43,762 nt of DNA from Methanomicrobia archaeon. GTDB taxonomy: Archaea; Halobacteriota; Syntropharchaeia; Alkanophagales; Methanospirareceae. The translations under genes were made by a program, and so were the position numbers. Each line of letters starts with the position of its first letter. Position 1 is the first letter of the stretch. The DNA is taken from contig JAFGKP010000133.1 of assembly GCA_016928455.1 (NCBI GenBank), positions 1 to 43,762 on the forward strand, written 5' to 3'. The notes below the pieces were generated by a model that worked only from the letters and a program-made list of their open reading frames with translations, did not search any database and was not told the DNA's origin. Positions 35,984 to 43,762 of this stretch are shown here, piece after piece.

Positions 35984-36925
35984 ATGGCAAAGAAGAAAAA
36001 AGTCAAACGAGCGTTGCAATGGCGTAAGGATGAGGTAGTGAAGCTCAAAGGCCTGATTGCTGACTATCCTACGGTCGGCATGGCGAAATTCCGCGGGCTG
36101 GGCTCCAACCAGTTACAGCGTATCCGCAAGGATTTCAGGGATAAAGCGGAGATCCGCGTCTCTAAGAATAGCATGCTTAATCTCTCCTTCACCGAGTGCG
36201 GCATGGGTAAGATGTCTGAGTTCATCGATGATCAGATGGCCCTGATCTTCACCAATTACGATCCTTTCCAGTTGTATACCGTACTCGAGAAGGGCAAGAT
36301 TCCCGCGCCCATTAAGGCCGGCGCGACCGCACCATTCGATATCGTGGTGGAAGCTGGCCCAACTTCGTTACGACCGGGCCCGATCGTCGGCGAGTTGCAG
36401 AGCAAGGGTATTCCGGCCGGTATCGAGAGTGGCAAGGTCGTGATCAAGCAGCGGAAGGTCGCGGTGAAGGCGGGCGATGTGGTCGCTGCACCGATGGCCG
36501 ACTTACTGGCAAAGCTGGAGATCTATCCGGTCAAGGAAGGTATGGACCTGCTCGCAGTCTTTGATCGCGACGGAAGCGTGCTCTTCACTCCTGAGGTGCT
36601 CCATATCGACGTCGATAAGTACCTTGCTGACGTACAGGAGTGTGCCAGCGCAGCCTTCTCGCTCGCAACACACCTGAAGTACTGCTATCCCACGCGGTTT
36701 ACCATTCTCGATTTGCTCTACGAGGCAAGTGACAAGGCACGCAACGTGGCCCTCGACATCGCCTATCCGACATCGGAGACGATAAAGCCGCTGCTGCAGA
36801 AAGCATATTCCCAGGCACGAAACCTCGCACTCAATGCTGCGGTCTATACGAAAGAGACGATGCCCGATCTTCTGGCAAAGGCCGGCGGGGACGCTCAGAA
36901 GCTGAAGACCATCGCGGGGGTATAG
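35984..36925 (+). CDS. rplP0: 50S ribosomal stalk protein P0 (uL10), lacking the usual acidic C-terminal tail
   Basis: KDEVVKLKGLI, LRVSKNS, ALIFTNYDPFQL, GPTSLRPGPIVGELQ, then two to three spine-helix repeats (ILDLLYEASDKARNVAL, IKPLLQKAYSQARNLAL, MPDLLAKAGGDAQKL). Ends at ...KTIAGV with no poly-Glu/MGFGLF motif. Confidence 0.85.
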   Translation: MAKKKKVKRALQWRKDEVVKLKGLIADYPTVGMAKFRGLGSNQLQRIRKDFRDKAEIRVSKNSMLNLSFTECGMGKMSEFIDDQMALIFTNYDPFQLYTVLEKGKIPAPIKAGATAPFDIVVEAGPTSLRPGPIVGELQSKGIPAGIESGKVVIKQRKVAVKAGDVVAAPMADLLAKLEIYPVKEGMDLLAVFDRDGSVLFTPEVLHIDVDKYLADVQECASAAFSLATHLKYCYPTRFTILDLLYEASDKARNVALDIAYPTSETIKPLLQKAYSQARNLALNAAVYTKETMPDLLAKAGGDAQKLKTIAGV

Positions 36926-37005
36926 AATATTACTACATCGCTACTAAACACGGATGGCGAACCAGGAATCGAAAAGTCTCGGTATTTTTCGACCAATCTA
37001 GTGCC

Positions 37006-37194
37006 ATGAAGAGCCAGGTGATCACGAGCATCATCTTCATCGTTATCGGCCTCATTCTGCTCATTGGCTATCCAATCACGCTAATGTATTCGATCCCGCT
37101 CATTCTCATCGGCATCGCGCTCTATCTCTTCCGGGGGCGCGAGGCGATACTAGAGCACCCTGATGAGGAGTTAGGGCTGAAAGAAAGGAGGTGA
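37006..37194 (+). CDS. Small two-TM membrane protein (62 aa)
   Basis: Two hydrophobic helices (VITSIIFIVIGLILLIGY, IPLILIGIALYLF). ORF only. Confidence 0.35.
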   Translation: MKSQVITSIIFIVIGLILLIGYPITLMYSIPLILIGIALYLFRGREAILEHPDEELGLKERR

Positions 37195-37207
37195 AAAGCT
37201 GGAGAGG

Positions 37208-37528
37208 ATGATTATCTCAACGACGGATTCCGTTCCGGGCTACACCTACGAGATCCTCGGGATCGCGTTCGGAAACACCGTGCGAGCAAAGCATATCGGA
37301 AAGGACATCGCAGCGGGCCTGAAGACGATCGTGGGCGGTGAGCTGCAGGAATATACCGAGATGCTGTCTGATGCGCGCCAGGAGGCAATGAACCGACTGA
37401 TCAACGATGCGCAGCGGCTCGGCGCCGATGCCGTGCTCAACATTCGGTTCACGACCTCGCAGACGATGGCTGGCGCTGCAGAGCTGCTGGCTTACGGCAC
37501 GGCGGTTCGGTTGATTCAATCGGATTAG
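37208..37528 (+). CDS. YbjQ/UPF0145-family protein
   Basis: YEILGIAFGNTVRAKHIGKDIAAGLKTIVGGEL..Y..ML..AR.EA..RL...A..LGADAV..IRF is the canonical UPF0145 pattern. Confidence 0.8.
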   Translation: MIISTTDSVPGYTYEILGIAFGNTVRAKHIGKDIAAGLKTIVGGELQEYTEMLSDARQEAMNRLINDAQRLGADAVLNIRFTTSQTMAGAAELLAYGTAVRLIQSD

Positions 37529-37543
37529 AATAGGACGAAGGCG

Positions 37544-38023
37544 GTGGTGCTCAGTTCGAACCCGGCGTTCCTTCGACTCTTTCCGCGCGTGAAACAGCTT
37601 ATCGAATCCACCGCTTCACGAGACGAGAATCTGGCAGCACTTTGCGCGCTCCTCAAGGACGCGGTACCGTATTATAACTGGGTCGGCGTTTACTTCCTTG
37701 ATGAGCATACCAAGAGCGACCTCGTTCTAGGGCCGTTCGCAGGTGCACCGACCGAGCATATCAGAATACCCTTTGGAATAGGCGTCTGCGGACAGGCTGC
37801 GGTACTCCAGAAAACCGTGATCGTCCCGGACGTCAGAAAGGAGCAAAACTATCTCTCATGCAGCCCGTTCGTGAAGGCCGAGATCGTCGTGCCCATCAGT
37901 TTTGCGGGGGCAGTACGGGGCGTTCTTGACATCGACTCACATGACTGTGCACCCTTTACGGCTGCGGATCGCGCCTTTTTGGAGCGTGTCTGTGCGCTCA
38001 TTGCGCGGCTTTTAGTGGGATGA
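37544..38023 (+). CDS. GAF-domain protein (free methionine-(R)-sulfoxide reductase-like)
   Basis: YNWVGVYFLD, LVLGPFAG, IPFGIGVCGQAA, EIVVPI, GVLDIDS: GAF / fRMsr-like pattern. GTG start. Confidence 0.65.
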   Translation: MVLSSNPAFLRLFPRVKQLIESTASRDENLAALCALLKDAVPYYNWVGVYFLDEHTKSDLVLGPFAGAPTEHIRIPFGIGVCGQAAVLQKTVIVPDVRKEQNYLSCSPFVKAEIVVPISFAGAVRGVLDIDSHDCAPFTAADRAFLERVCALIARLLVG

Positions 38024-38093
38024 AGGCGCGGTCTATTTATCCGTGCCACCTACTAATTTAAACTGCGCCTACCTGCGCTATGCTGAATGCCAC

Positions 38094-39218
38094 ATGACCC
38101 TCAACATGGCGGTACCGGTTCGCGATGTCATCGCGGAAATAAAGGAATACCAGCCCGGGAAATTGATCAAAGATGCGATCAAGCTGAGCTCAAACGAGAA
38201 TCCGCTGGGTGCGAGCCCTGAAGCGGTGCGCGCTATTCGCAACGCGCTAGCATCCGGTGAGTTGAACCTGAGCATCTACCCCTGGGAGCGCAACGAAGAA
38301 GCCTTGAGAGCTGCAATTGCGCGCTATACTGCGGTAAATAGCGAGAACGTCGTGATCGGCGCGGGCATCGACGGCGTTCTGGATACGCTCGTTAAGATCT
38401 TTCTTGGACGTGGTGATGAAGCGATCATTCCGGTGCCCACGTTCTCGCTCTACGAGTCACTGGTGAAGATAGCCGACGCGACGCCTCGCTATATACCGCG
38501 AAACGCTGGGGCGAACTACGCTATTTCACGTGATGAATTGGTAGCCGCCAGTAACAGCAAAACGCGTATGATCTTTCTCTCATCCCCGAACAACCCGACC
38601 GGGAACTGCATCGCTGTGGATGACGTACGTGCGCTCGCGGAATCAGTGCCGAGGGCCATGGTGGTGCTCGACGAAGCATACGCGGAGTTCGCCGGTTCAT
38701 CGCTGGTTAGGATTATGAGCGAATATGAGAACGTGTTGGTCTTACGCACCTTCTCGAAGGCTTTTGGACTAGCCGGGCTGCGCGTTGGCTACGCCGTACT
38801 GCCCGAATGGATAGTGGGCATGTACCGGAAAGTCTCGCTCCCCTTCACGGTGAATGACGTTGCGCTCGTAGCAGCGCTCGCCGCTCTGCAGGATACCGAA
38901 CACCTGCGAAGGAGTGTCGAGCTGGTAAGGTCCGGACGCCAGTATCTCAGAGCCGAGCTCCAGGGCCGCTTCACGGTGTATCCTTCCGAGGCGAACTTCG
39001 TACTTGTGGACGTCGCTCCCAGAACGTCTTCTGCCGTATGTGGCGACTTGGAAGAGCGGGGGATCACGGTACGCGATTGCAGATCTTTCAAAGGTGCAGG
39101 CAATTCGCTCATCCGCATCAGCGTGGGCACGCAGGAGCAGAACGAGAAGCTCGTTGCGGCGTTGAAAGCAGAAGAACGAACGGTACGTAATTCAGGTTCC
39201 TCATCTTCGGAACCGTAA
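38094..39218 (+). CDS. hisC: Histidinol-phosphate aminotransferase
   Basis: YQPGK, LSSNENPLG, SPNNPTG, LRTFSKAFGLAGLRVGY (PLP-Lys). Start set at the Met at 38094 rather than the track start at 38043. Confidence 0.85.
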   Translation: MTLNMAVPVRDVIAEIKEYQPGKLIKDAIKLSSNENPLGASPEAVRAIRNALASGELNLSIYPWERNEEALRAAIARYTAVNSENVVIGAGIDGVLDTLVKIFLGRGDEAIIPVPTFSLYESLVKIADATPRYIPRNAGANYAISRDELVAASNSKTRMIFLSSPNNPTGNCIAVDDVRALAESVPRAMVVLDEAYAEFAGSSLVRIMSEYENVLVLRTFSKAFGLAGLRVGYAVLPEWIVGMYRKVSLPFTVNDVALVAALAALQDTEHLRRSVELVRSGRQYLRAELQGRFTVYPSEANFVLVDVAPRTSSAVCGDLEERGITVRDCRSFKGAGNSLIRISVGTQEQNEKLVAALKAEERTVRNSGSSSSEP

Positions 39219-39245
39219 CTACTGTGTTGAGAGCTGCTTGGCCGC

Positions 39246-40154
39246 TTAGGGTGATAAGATCAGCATCCGTTCTATGGGCCGCCGCGCACGCTCCATAATC
39301 TCGGGTGGCAGGTCAATCCGCGGCTTTTCCTGCTCCAGGGACCGGAGGATCTTCGGTAAGGTGATCATCTTCATCTGCGGACAAACGGCGTTCGTAGAAA
39401 TAGGATAATACGCTTTATTCGGCGCTTCCTTCTTCAAGCGGTGCAGGATCCCGATCTCCGTGCCGATCAGGAGTTCCTTGTCCTTAATTTCACGTACAAG
39501 CCGCACCATCCCGCCGGTTGACGCGACGTAATCTGCTCGTTCCTGAATCTCAGGTGTGACCTCTGGATGCACGACGATCGTTGCGGTGGGGTGCGCCTTC
39601 TTCGCGGCCTCCAGCTCTTCAAGCGAGATCTGATGATGAGACGGGCAATTCCCGTGCTCGGGCACGATGACAAGCTTCTTACCACTGCCCTTCTGCGCAT
39701 AATAGCCCAGGTTGCGGTCCGGCCCGAAGATGACCTCTTCAGAATCCATTGCGCGAACGATCTTCGGAGCGTTCGCTGAGGTGCAGATACAGTCCGCAAG
39801 TGTCTTGCTCTCAGCGCGTGTATTGACGTAAAGGACCGTCTCGGCTTCCGGGTGCATACGCTGCACCGATCGAAGCTCCTCGTTCAGTAATTGCTGCGCC
39901 ATCGGGCAGATCGAGCAGAGATCAGGGAGAATCACGACCTTCTCCGGATTCAAGATCGCCGCAGTCTCTGCCATGAAATCAACACCGCAGAAGATGATCA
40001 TTTCCGCAGCTGTCGCCGTCGCTCGTCGCGCTAGCTCTAAGGAGTCGCCAACGAAGTCCGCAATGTCCTGTACCGCGGGAATCTGGTAGTTATGCGCCAG
40101 TATGATCGCATTCCTCTCCCGCTTCAACGCCGCTATTCGCTCTTCGATCTGCAT
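39246..40154 (-). CDS. nadA: Quinolinate synthase NadA
   Basis: AIILAHNYQ, DFVGDSLELAR, FCGVDFMAE, CPMA, VHPE, CPQMK. The Met at 40154 is preferred because a TATA-like AAATATTTAA abuts the upstream ATG at 40190. Confidence 0.85.
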   Translation of the reverse strand: MQIEERIAALKRERNAIILAHNYQIPAVQDIADFVGDSLELARRATATAAEMIIFCGVDFMAETAAILNPEKVVILPDLCSICPMAQQLLNEELRSVQRMHPEAETVLYVNTRAESKTLADCICTSANAPKIVRAMDSEEVIFGPDRNLGYYAQKGSGKKLVIVPEHGNCPSHHQISLEELEAAKKAHPTATIVVHPEVTPEIQERADYVASTGGMVRLVREIKDKELLIGTEIGILHRLKKEAPNKAYYPISTNAVCPQMKMITLPKILRSLEQEKPRIDLPPEIMERARRPIERMLILSP

Positions 40155-40339
40155 TCTTTCCTTACTTCCCCTTTTCTTATTTTCACCCATTAAATATTTC
40201 AGGTGCTCGGTCTATCTGCCCATCCGGTTACGGAACCACGAAGTTCACGAGCGTCTCATCGCATTTTTATCATCTCTCATACTCAACGGTTCTTAACAAC
40301 AGTGTGCTTGTTTGAAAGCCGCCCGAAGCATCTGGAAAC

Positions 40340-40783
40340 ATGAAAGGCACCTATGTGCTCATCATCGAGACCGTCGGTGATACCGATCTGGAAGTCGGAC
40401 AACGGGGGCTTATGGCCTTCTGTAAGGGTTATTATGCTTATGTTGGTTCCGCGCTTTCGGGCCTGGAGTCACGGGTCCGCCGACACCTCCGCAAACCGGG
40501 CGACAGGAAACGGTTGCACTGGCATATCGATTTTCTCCTCGCTGATCCTGCGGTTCACATTACGGAAGTGGTCTGTTCAGAATCGGAGGAGCGCAAAGAA
40601 TGCGAGATCGCCGCGTACCTGGGCACGCACCTGGATTCTATCGCGCATTTTGGCTGTTCCGATTGCGCGTGCTCCAGTCACCTCTTCTTCTCGTTCAGTC
40701 ATACCGAGCTGCAGCGGCACGTTTACTGTGGCTTTCACGCCGTGGGAGCGAACTTCCGCGCAATGAAGATAAAGCCGGTGTGA
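40340..40783 (+). CDS. DUF123 (GIY-YIG/Uri-superfamily) protein
   Basis: GTYVLII, GYYAYVGSA, RVRRHLR, LHWHIDFL: typical DUF123 pattern. The 3' end overlaps the convergent trmI by 49 nt. Confidence 0.65.
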   Translation: MKGTYVLIIETVGDTDLEVGQRGLMAFCKGYYAYVGSALSGLESRVRRHLRKPGDRKRLHWHIDFLLADPAVHITEVVCSESEERKECEIAAYLGTHLDSIAHFGCSDCACSSHLFFSFSHTELQRHVYCGFHAVGANFRAMKIKPV

Positions 40784-41550
40784 GCGACCATGCGATTCTC
40801 GGGCCGTATACTCCGCCCCTTAATCTCCCAGCCGCGCAGTGCCACTTCGTAAATGCCCGTGACGCTAAATCGCTCCTCAAACTGTAATGCAAGCCGTTTC
40901 GAGAGCTTGAAGATCTGCAGCACGGTCGGATTATAGCAGAGCAGAATGCCACCATTCCGGAGTGCTGCATCAACATGTTTCAGCGCTTTCCATGGTTCTT
41001 GGAGGTCCAGGAGCACTCGGTCTATATCGCGCTCCTCTATCCCTTCGTAGACGTCCTTCTCCCTGACGATCAGCTTGCCTGAGCCCTCTGTTCCCGCACT
41101 CGCAACCGCACCGAAGAAGGTTTCAATGTTGCTTCGGGCGACCGCCAGAAAGTCCGGTCGCCGCTCGTAAGATATTACTGCGCCGTGAGGACCCACTGCA
41201 CGGAGTAGCGCCATCGTCAGCGCGCCCGAGCCGATGCCTGCTTCCAGTACCCGTGCACCGGGGTAGATGTCAGCGAACATCAGGATGGCCGCGATATCCT
41301 TGGGGTAAATGATCTGCGAGCCCTTCCGCATCTTGGCGATATACTCTTCCAAGGTCGGTCGAATGACGATAAGCCGCTCACCATGGTCGGATTTCACCAC
41401 GCTCCCGTCCTCCAGACCGATAAGCTCGTCGTGAACCAGCGAACCGCGGCTGAACCTGAACGTGGCCCCTGCTTTCACGAGTATCTGATATCTCCGTCCT
41501 CTTCTGTCAAGTAGGTGCACCAGTTCGCCTTCGGTTATCGGGACAACCAT
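40735..41550 (-). CDS. trmI: tRNA (adenine-N1)-methyltransferase TrmI (Gcd14 family)
   Basis: IIYPKD, VLEAGIGSGALT (SAM motif I), LDLQEPW. 271 aa. Confidence 0.8.
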   Translation of the reverse strand: MVVPITEGELVHLLDRRGRRYQILVKAGATFRFSRGSLVHDELIGLEDGSVVKSDHGERLIVIRPTLEEYIAKMRKGSQIIYPKDIAAILMFADIYPGARVLEAGIGSGALTMALLRAVGPHGAVISYERRPDFLAVARSNIETFFGAVASAGTEGSGKLIVREKDVYEGIEERDIDRVLLDLQEPWKALKHVDAALRNGGILLCYNPTVLQIFKLSKRLALQFEERFSVTGIYEVALRGWEIKGRSIRPENRMVAHTGFIFIARKFAPTA

Positions 41551-41698
41551 GCTCTTAATATTCCGCTCTGTTCATTTATACAATGAAGAAGACGCAAATA
41601 ACTTCGCGAACGATCCCTACACGGGCTCTCCGCGTGTGTACTGTTTCACTACGGTGATTTGCTTGAGAGCGAGGGGAACAGAGGGTGAGTGAAAGACG

Positions 41699-43078
41699 AT
41701 GCTTGATCTCCTGCGTACCGCACTGGAATTTGCCGCTCCGCGCTGCGATCAGGTTGAGCTCTATGGTGAAAAGGGCGATGTGCTCAGCATCGAGCTTGAG
41801 CGCGATGAGGTGAAGACCGTACGGTACGTCAAGAGCATTGGGATCGGCGTTCGCGTCGTTATCGCAAATAAAATAGGATTCGCGCACACTACAGCAGTCA
41901 AGCAGCCGAACCTGGAAGAGTGCGTGACACATGCCATCAAGCACGCGCGTGTATCTGAATACGACGAGCATTTCAGAAGCTTGCCCTCACCACAGATCGG
42001 AGCGCGCGGTTACCGTACACCTGAAAAAACGTTCGATCGCACCATCATTGAGCTGCTCGGTGCAGAAAGCGGGAGCGACGTGGCGATGGGCTACTGTAAG
42101 GAGATGCTCGCGGGAACGAGTGCATACACGCTGAAACCGGGCATTGAGTGCGAACCCACGGAGGGGAGCTTTACCGCAGGGTACGATGAGATCTTCATTG
42201 TAAACTCTGAAGGGGTCGAGATTCAAGATTCGGGCACGTATGCTTCTGCCGGTATGTCCGTCGTCGCACGGGACGGGCTGGGCGAAGAGACCTCAGGCTA
42301 CGAGAGTGACGTGAGCAGGCTGCTCAATGAAGTTGATTTTGGCGCGATTGGTACGGAGGCGGTGCGACTCGCAGCTGAGAGCCTTGGTGGCAAGGCGATC
42401 CAAACGAAGAAGCTACCGGTGGTCTTCTCACCTCATGCTGTGCAGAGCCTCTTCGCTTATACCCTAATCCCCCAGCTGAGCGCGGAAATGGTGCAGCGCA
42501 AACAATCGCCCTATTACGGGAGAAAAGGCGAAACGATTGCATCAGAGATGCTCGCGATTGTTGACGACGGCACGATGCCGCTCGGTGTGAATACGAGGAA
42601 GATGGACGGCGAAGGTGTCCCTACGCAATCAACAACCCTCCTTGCGAAGGGCGTGCTCACCAATTTCTTCTATGATACCTACACCAGCGCGAAGGATCAG
42701 GTCGAAAGCACGGGAAACGCCCTGCGCGGCTTCAGCAGTCTGCCAGTACCTGGCCCGACGAACTTCATTTTGAAGGCAGCAGAGGGTGATGCGATCGTTC
42801 CGACAGATGAGCTTCTCAGCAATGCAAAGGAAGGGCTCTTCGTGCATGACGTGATCGGTGCGCACACCGCTTCCCGCGCGTCCGGCGATTTTTCTGTCGT
42901 TGTTCAGAATGCCGTTGCGCTTAAAAAAGGCGATTCTTCGCCCGTTAAACATGCCATGATCGCGGGAAATTCGCAGGAGCTTTTGAAGCACGTGGAGCTG
43001 CTCGGTGATGATACGCAACAGATTTACACGGTCGTCTCACCCTCGATGCTCATATCCGCGGTACAGGTCATCGGGTAG
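41699..43078 (+). CDS. TldD/PmbA-family metallopeptidase-like protein
   Basis: VELYGEKGDVLSIELERDEV, GIGVRV, GNALRG, FSVVVQNA: TldD/PmbA family pattern. 459 aa. Confidence 0.75.
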   Translation: MLDLLRTALEFAAPRCDQVELYGEKGDVLSIELERDEVKTVRYVKSIGIGVRVVIANKIGFAHTTAVKQPNLEECVTHAIKHARVSEYDEHFRSLPSPQIGARGYRTPEKTFDRTIIELLGAESGSDVAMGYCKEMLAGTSAYTLKPGIECEPTEGSFTAGYDEIFIVNSEGVEIQDSGTYASAGMSVVARDGLGEETSGYESDVSRLLNEVDFGAIGTEAVRLAAESLGGKAIQTKKLPVVFSPHAVQSLFAYTLIPQLSAEMVQRKQSPYYGRKGETIASEMLAIVDDGTMPLGVNTRKMDGEGVPTQSTTLLAKGVLTNFFYDTYTSAKDQVESTGNALRGFSSLPVPGPTNFILKAAEGDAIVPTDELLSNAKEGLFVHDVIGAHTASRASGDFSVVVQNAVALKKGDSSPVKHAMIAGNSQELLKHVELLGDDTQQIYTVVSPSMLISAVQVIG

Positions 43079-43306
43079 CGCGCTTCTTCTTCGCTTTCTC
43101 ACCGCTTCCCGGCGCTGATTCGGCGGACGATCATTTCGTGTGGAAGCAGTTGTCCCGCTCTAACCGTGTTCCAAGAGGTGGGGATAAGCCGATATTGATG
43201 CTTATTTTGCCTTTTAAACGATTTATATCCCTTTTCTCAGGATGCTGATCAAGAGCGTTCCCATCCGATAACTTTATATAACCCCTTATTCTTATATAGG
43301 AGAAAG

Positions 43307-43343
43307 ACATGTGGGGGCGATAAACACATGTGGGGCGATAAAC
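43307..43343 (+). repeat. Tandem duplication of the ftsZ start region: ACATGTGGGGGCGATAAAC (19 nt) followed by ACATGTGGGGCGATAAAC (18 nt)
   Basis: Read directly. The copies differ only by G5 versus G4. The first ATG (43309) gives MWGR-stop; the second (43328) opens the FtsZ frame. Confidence 0.85.
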
Positions 43344-43762
43344 TTAAAGAAAAAGAGGAGAAGATGGGAGAGATGCTCGGGTACGCGAAAGAGGCCGAAA
43401 AGAAGTTGGTGGATGAGGATGACGATTTGTTTGGTGTTCCTCAATTAGCGATCGTTGGTGTCGGTGGCGCCGGGAACAACTCTATGAACCGTTTGGAATA
43501 TCTGGGTGGCTTGGAAGGGGTGAGCAGAATTGCTCTCAATACCGACAAGCTGCATCTGGACTCCATTAAGTGTGAGAAGAAGCTCCTGATCGGGAAATCG
43601 CTTACGCGCGGATTGGGCGCGGGCGGTTCACCGGAAATGGGCCGGAAAGCTGCGGAACTGGACAAGGAAGAGATCCGTCAGCTCGTGACGGGCAAGAACT
43701 TCGTCTTCCTCACTGCAGGTATGGGCGGAGGTACCGGTACGGGCGCAGCGCCGGTGGTTGCC
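43328..43762 (+). CDS. ftsZ: Cell division protein FtsZ, N-terminal part (continues past the right window edge)
   Basis: [38 protein letters not shown] (tubulin signature). Frame open to the window end (435 nt, 145 codons). Confidence 0.9.
   Translation, partial: MWGDKLKEKEEKMGEMLGYAKEAEKKLVDEDDDLFGVPQLAIVGVGGAGNNSMNRLEYLGGLEGVSRIALNTDKLHLDSIKCEKKLLIGKSLTRGLGAGGSPEMGRKAAELDKEEIRQLVTGKNFVFLTAGMGGGTGTGAAPVVA

Noticed and set aside
1-43762. Search by eye for tRNA, rRNA, SRP RNA, RNase P RNA and C/D-box sRNA signatures in intergenic regions
   Set aside because: I found no T-loop/acceptor pattern, no rRNA-like segments and no clear C/D boxes. An absence judged by eye is weak evidence, so a covariance-model scan is still needed.

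Overview
Archaeal chromosomal segment, probably from a methanogen-like euryarchaeon (inferred from gene content: thermosome, PCNA, PriL, FEN1, family-B polymerase, Dph2, MfnA, UPF0216/UPF0282 families, archaeal L11-L1-P0 cluster, FtsZ, plus a bacterial-type DnaK). The backbone is visibly GC-rich and densely packed with about 45 protein genes, mostly housekeeping (replication, chaperones, ribosomal proteins, cofactor and amino-acid metabolism). I found no rRNA, tRNA or CRISPR array. Two compositionally foreign, visibly AT-rich insertions stand out. (1) About 144-1772: a short tyrosine-recombinase gene followed by roughly 0.9 kb of extremely AT-rich DNA with almost no coding signal, carrying paired palindromic sites. 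(2) About 4947-8504: a single-chain type IIG restriction-modification gene whose stop overlaps the start of a 167-aa three-TM coiled-coil membrane protein; the cassette abuts and overlaps the 3' end of priL. The best candidate for an under-characterised system in the core genome is a tightly coupled three-gene operon at 23926-27159: a Walker-A-less RadA/RadB-like protein, a 98-aa coiled-coil protein and a divergent PolB2-like polymerase. The first and third proteins end in PIP-box-like motifs. Smaller oddities: a perfect 3 x 22-bp tandem repeat in a divergent promoter region, a P0 stalk protein without the acidic tail and no L12 gene after it, a Cas4-like nuclease paired with PCNA, and a duplicated ftsZ start region. 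All functional calls come from recognising motifs in the supplied translations; no database search was run.
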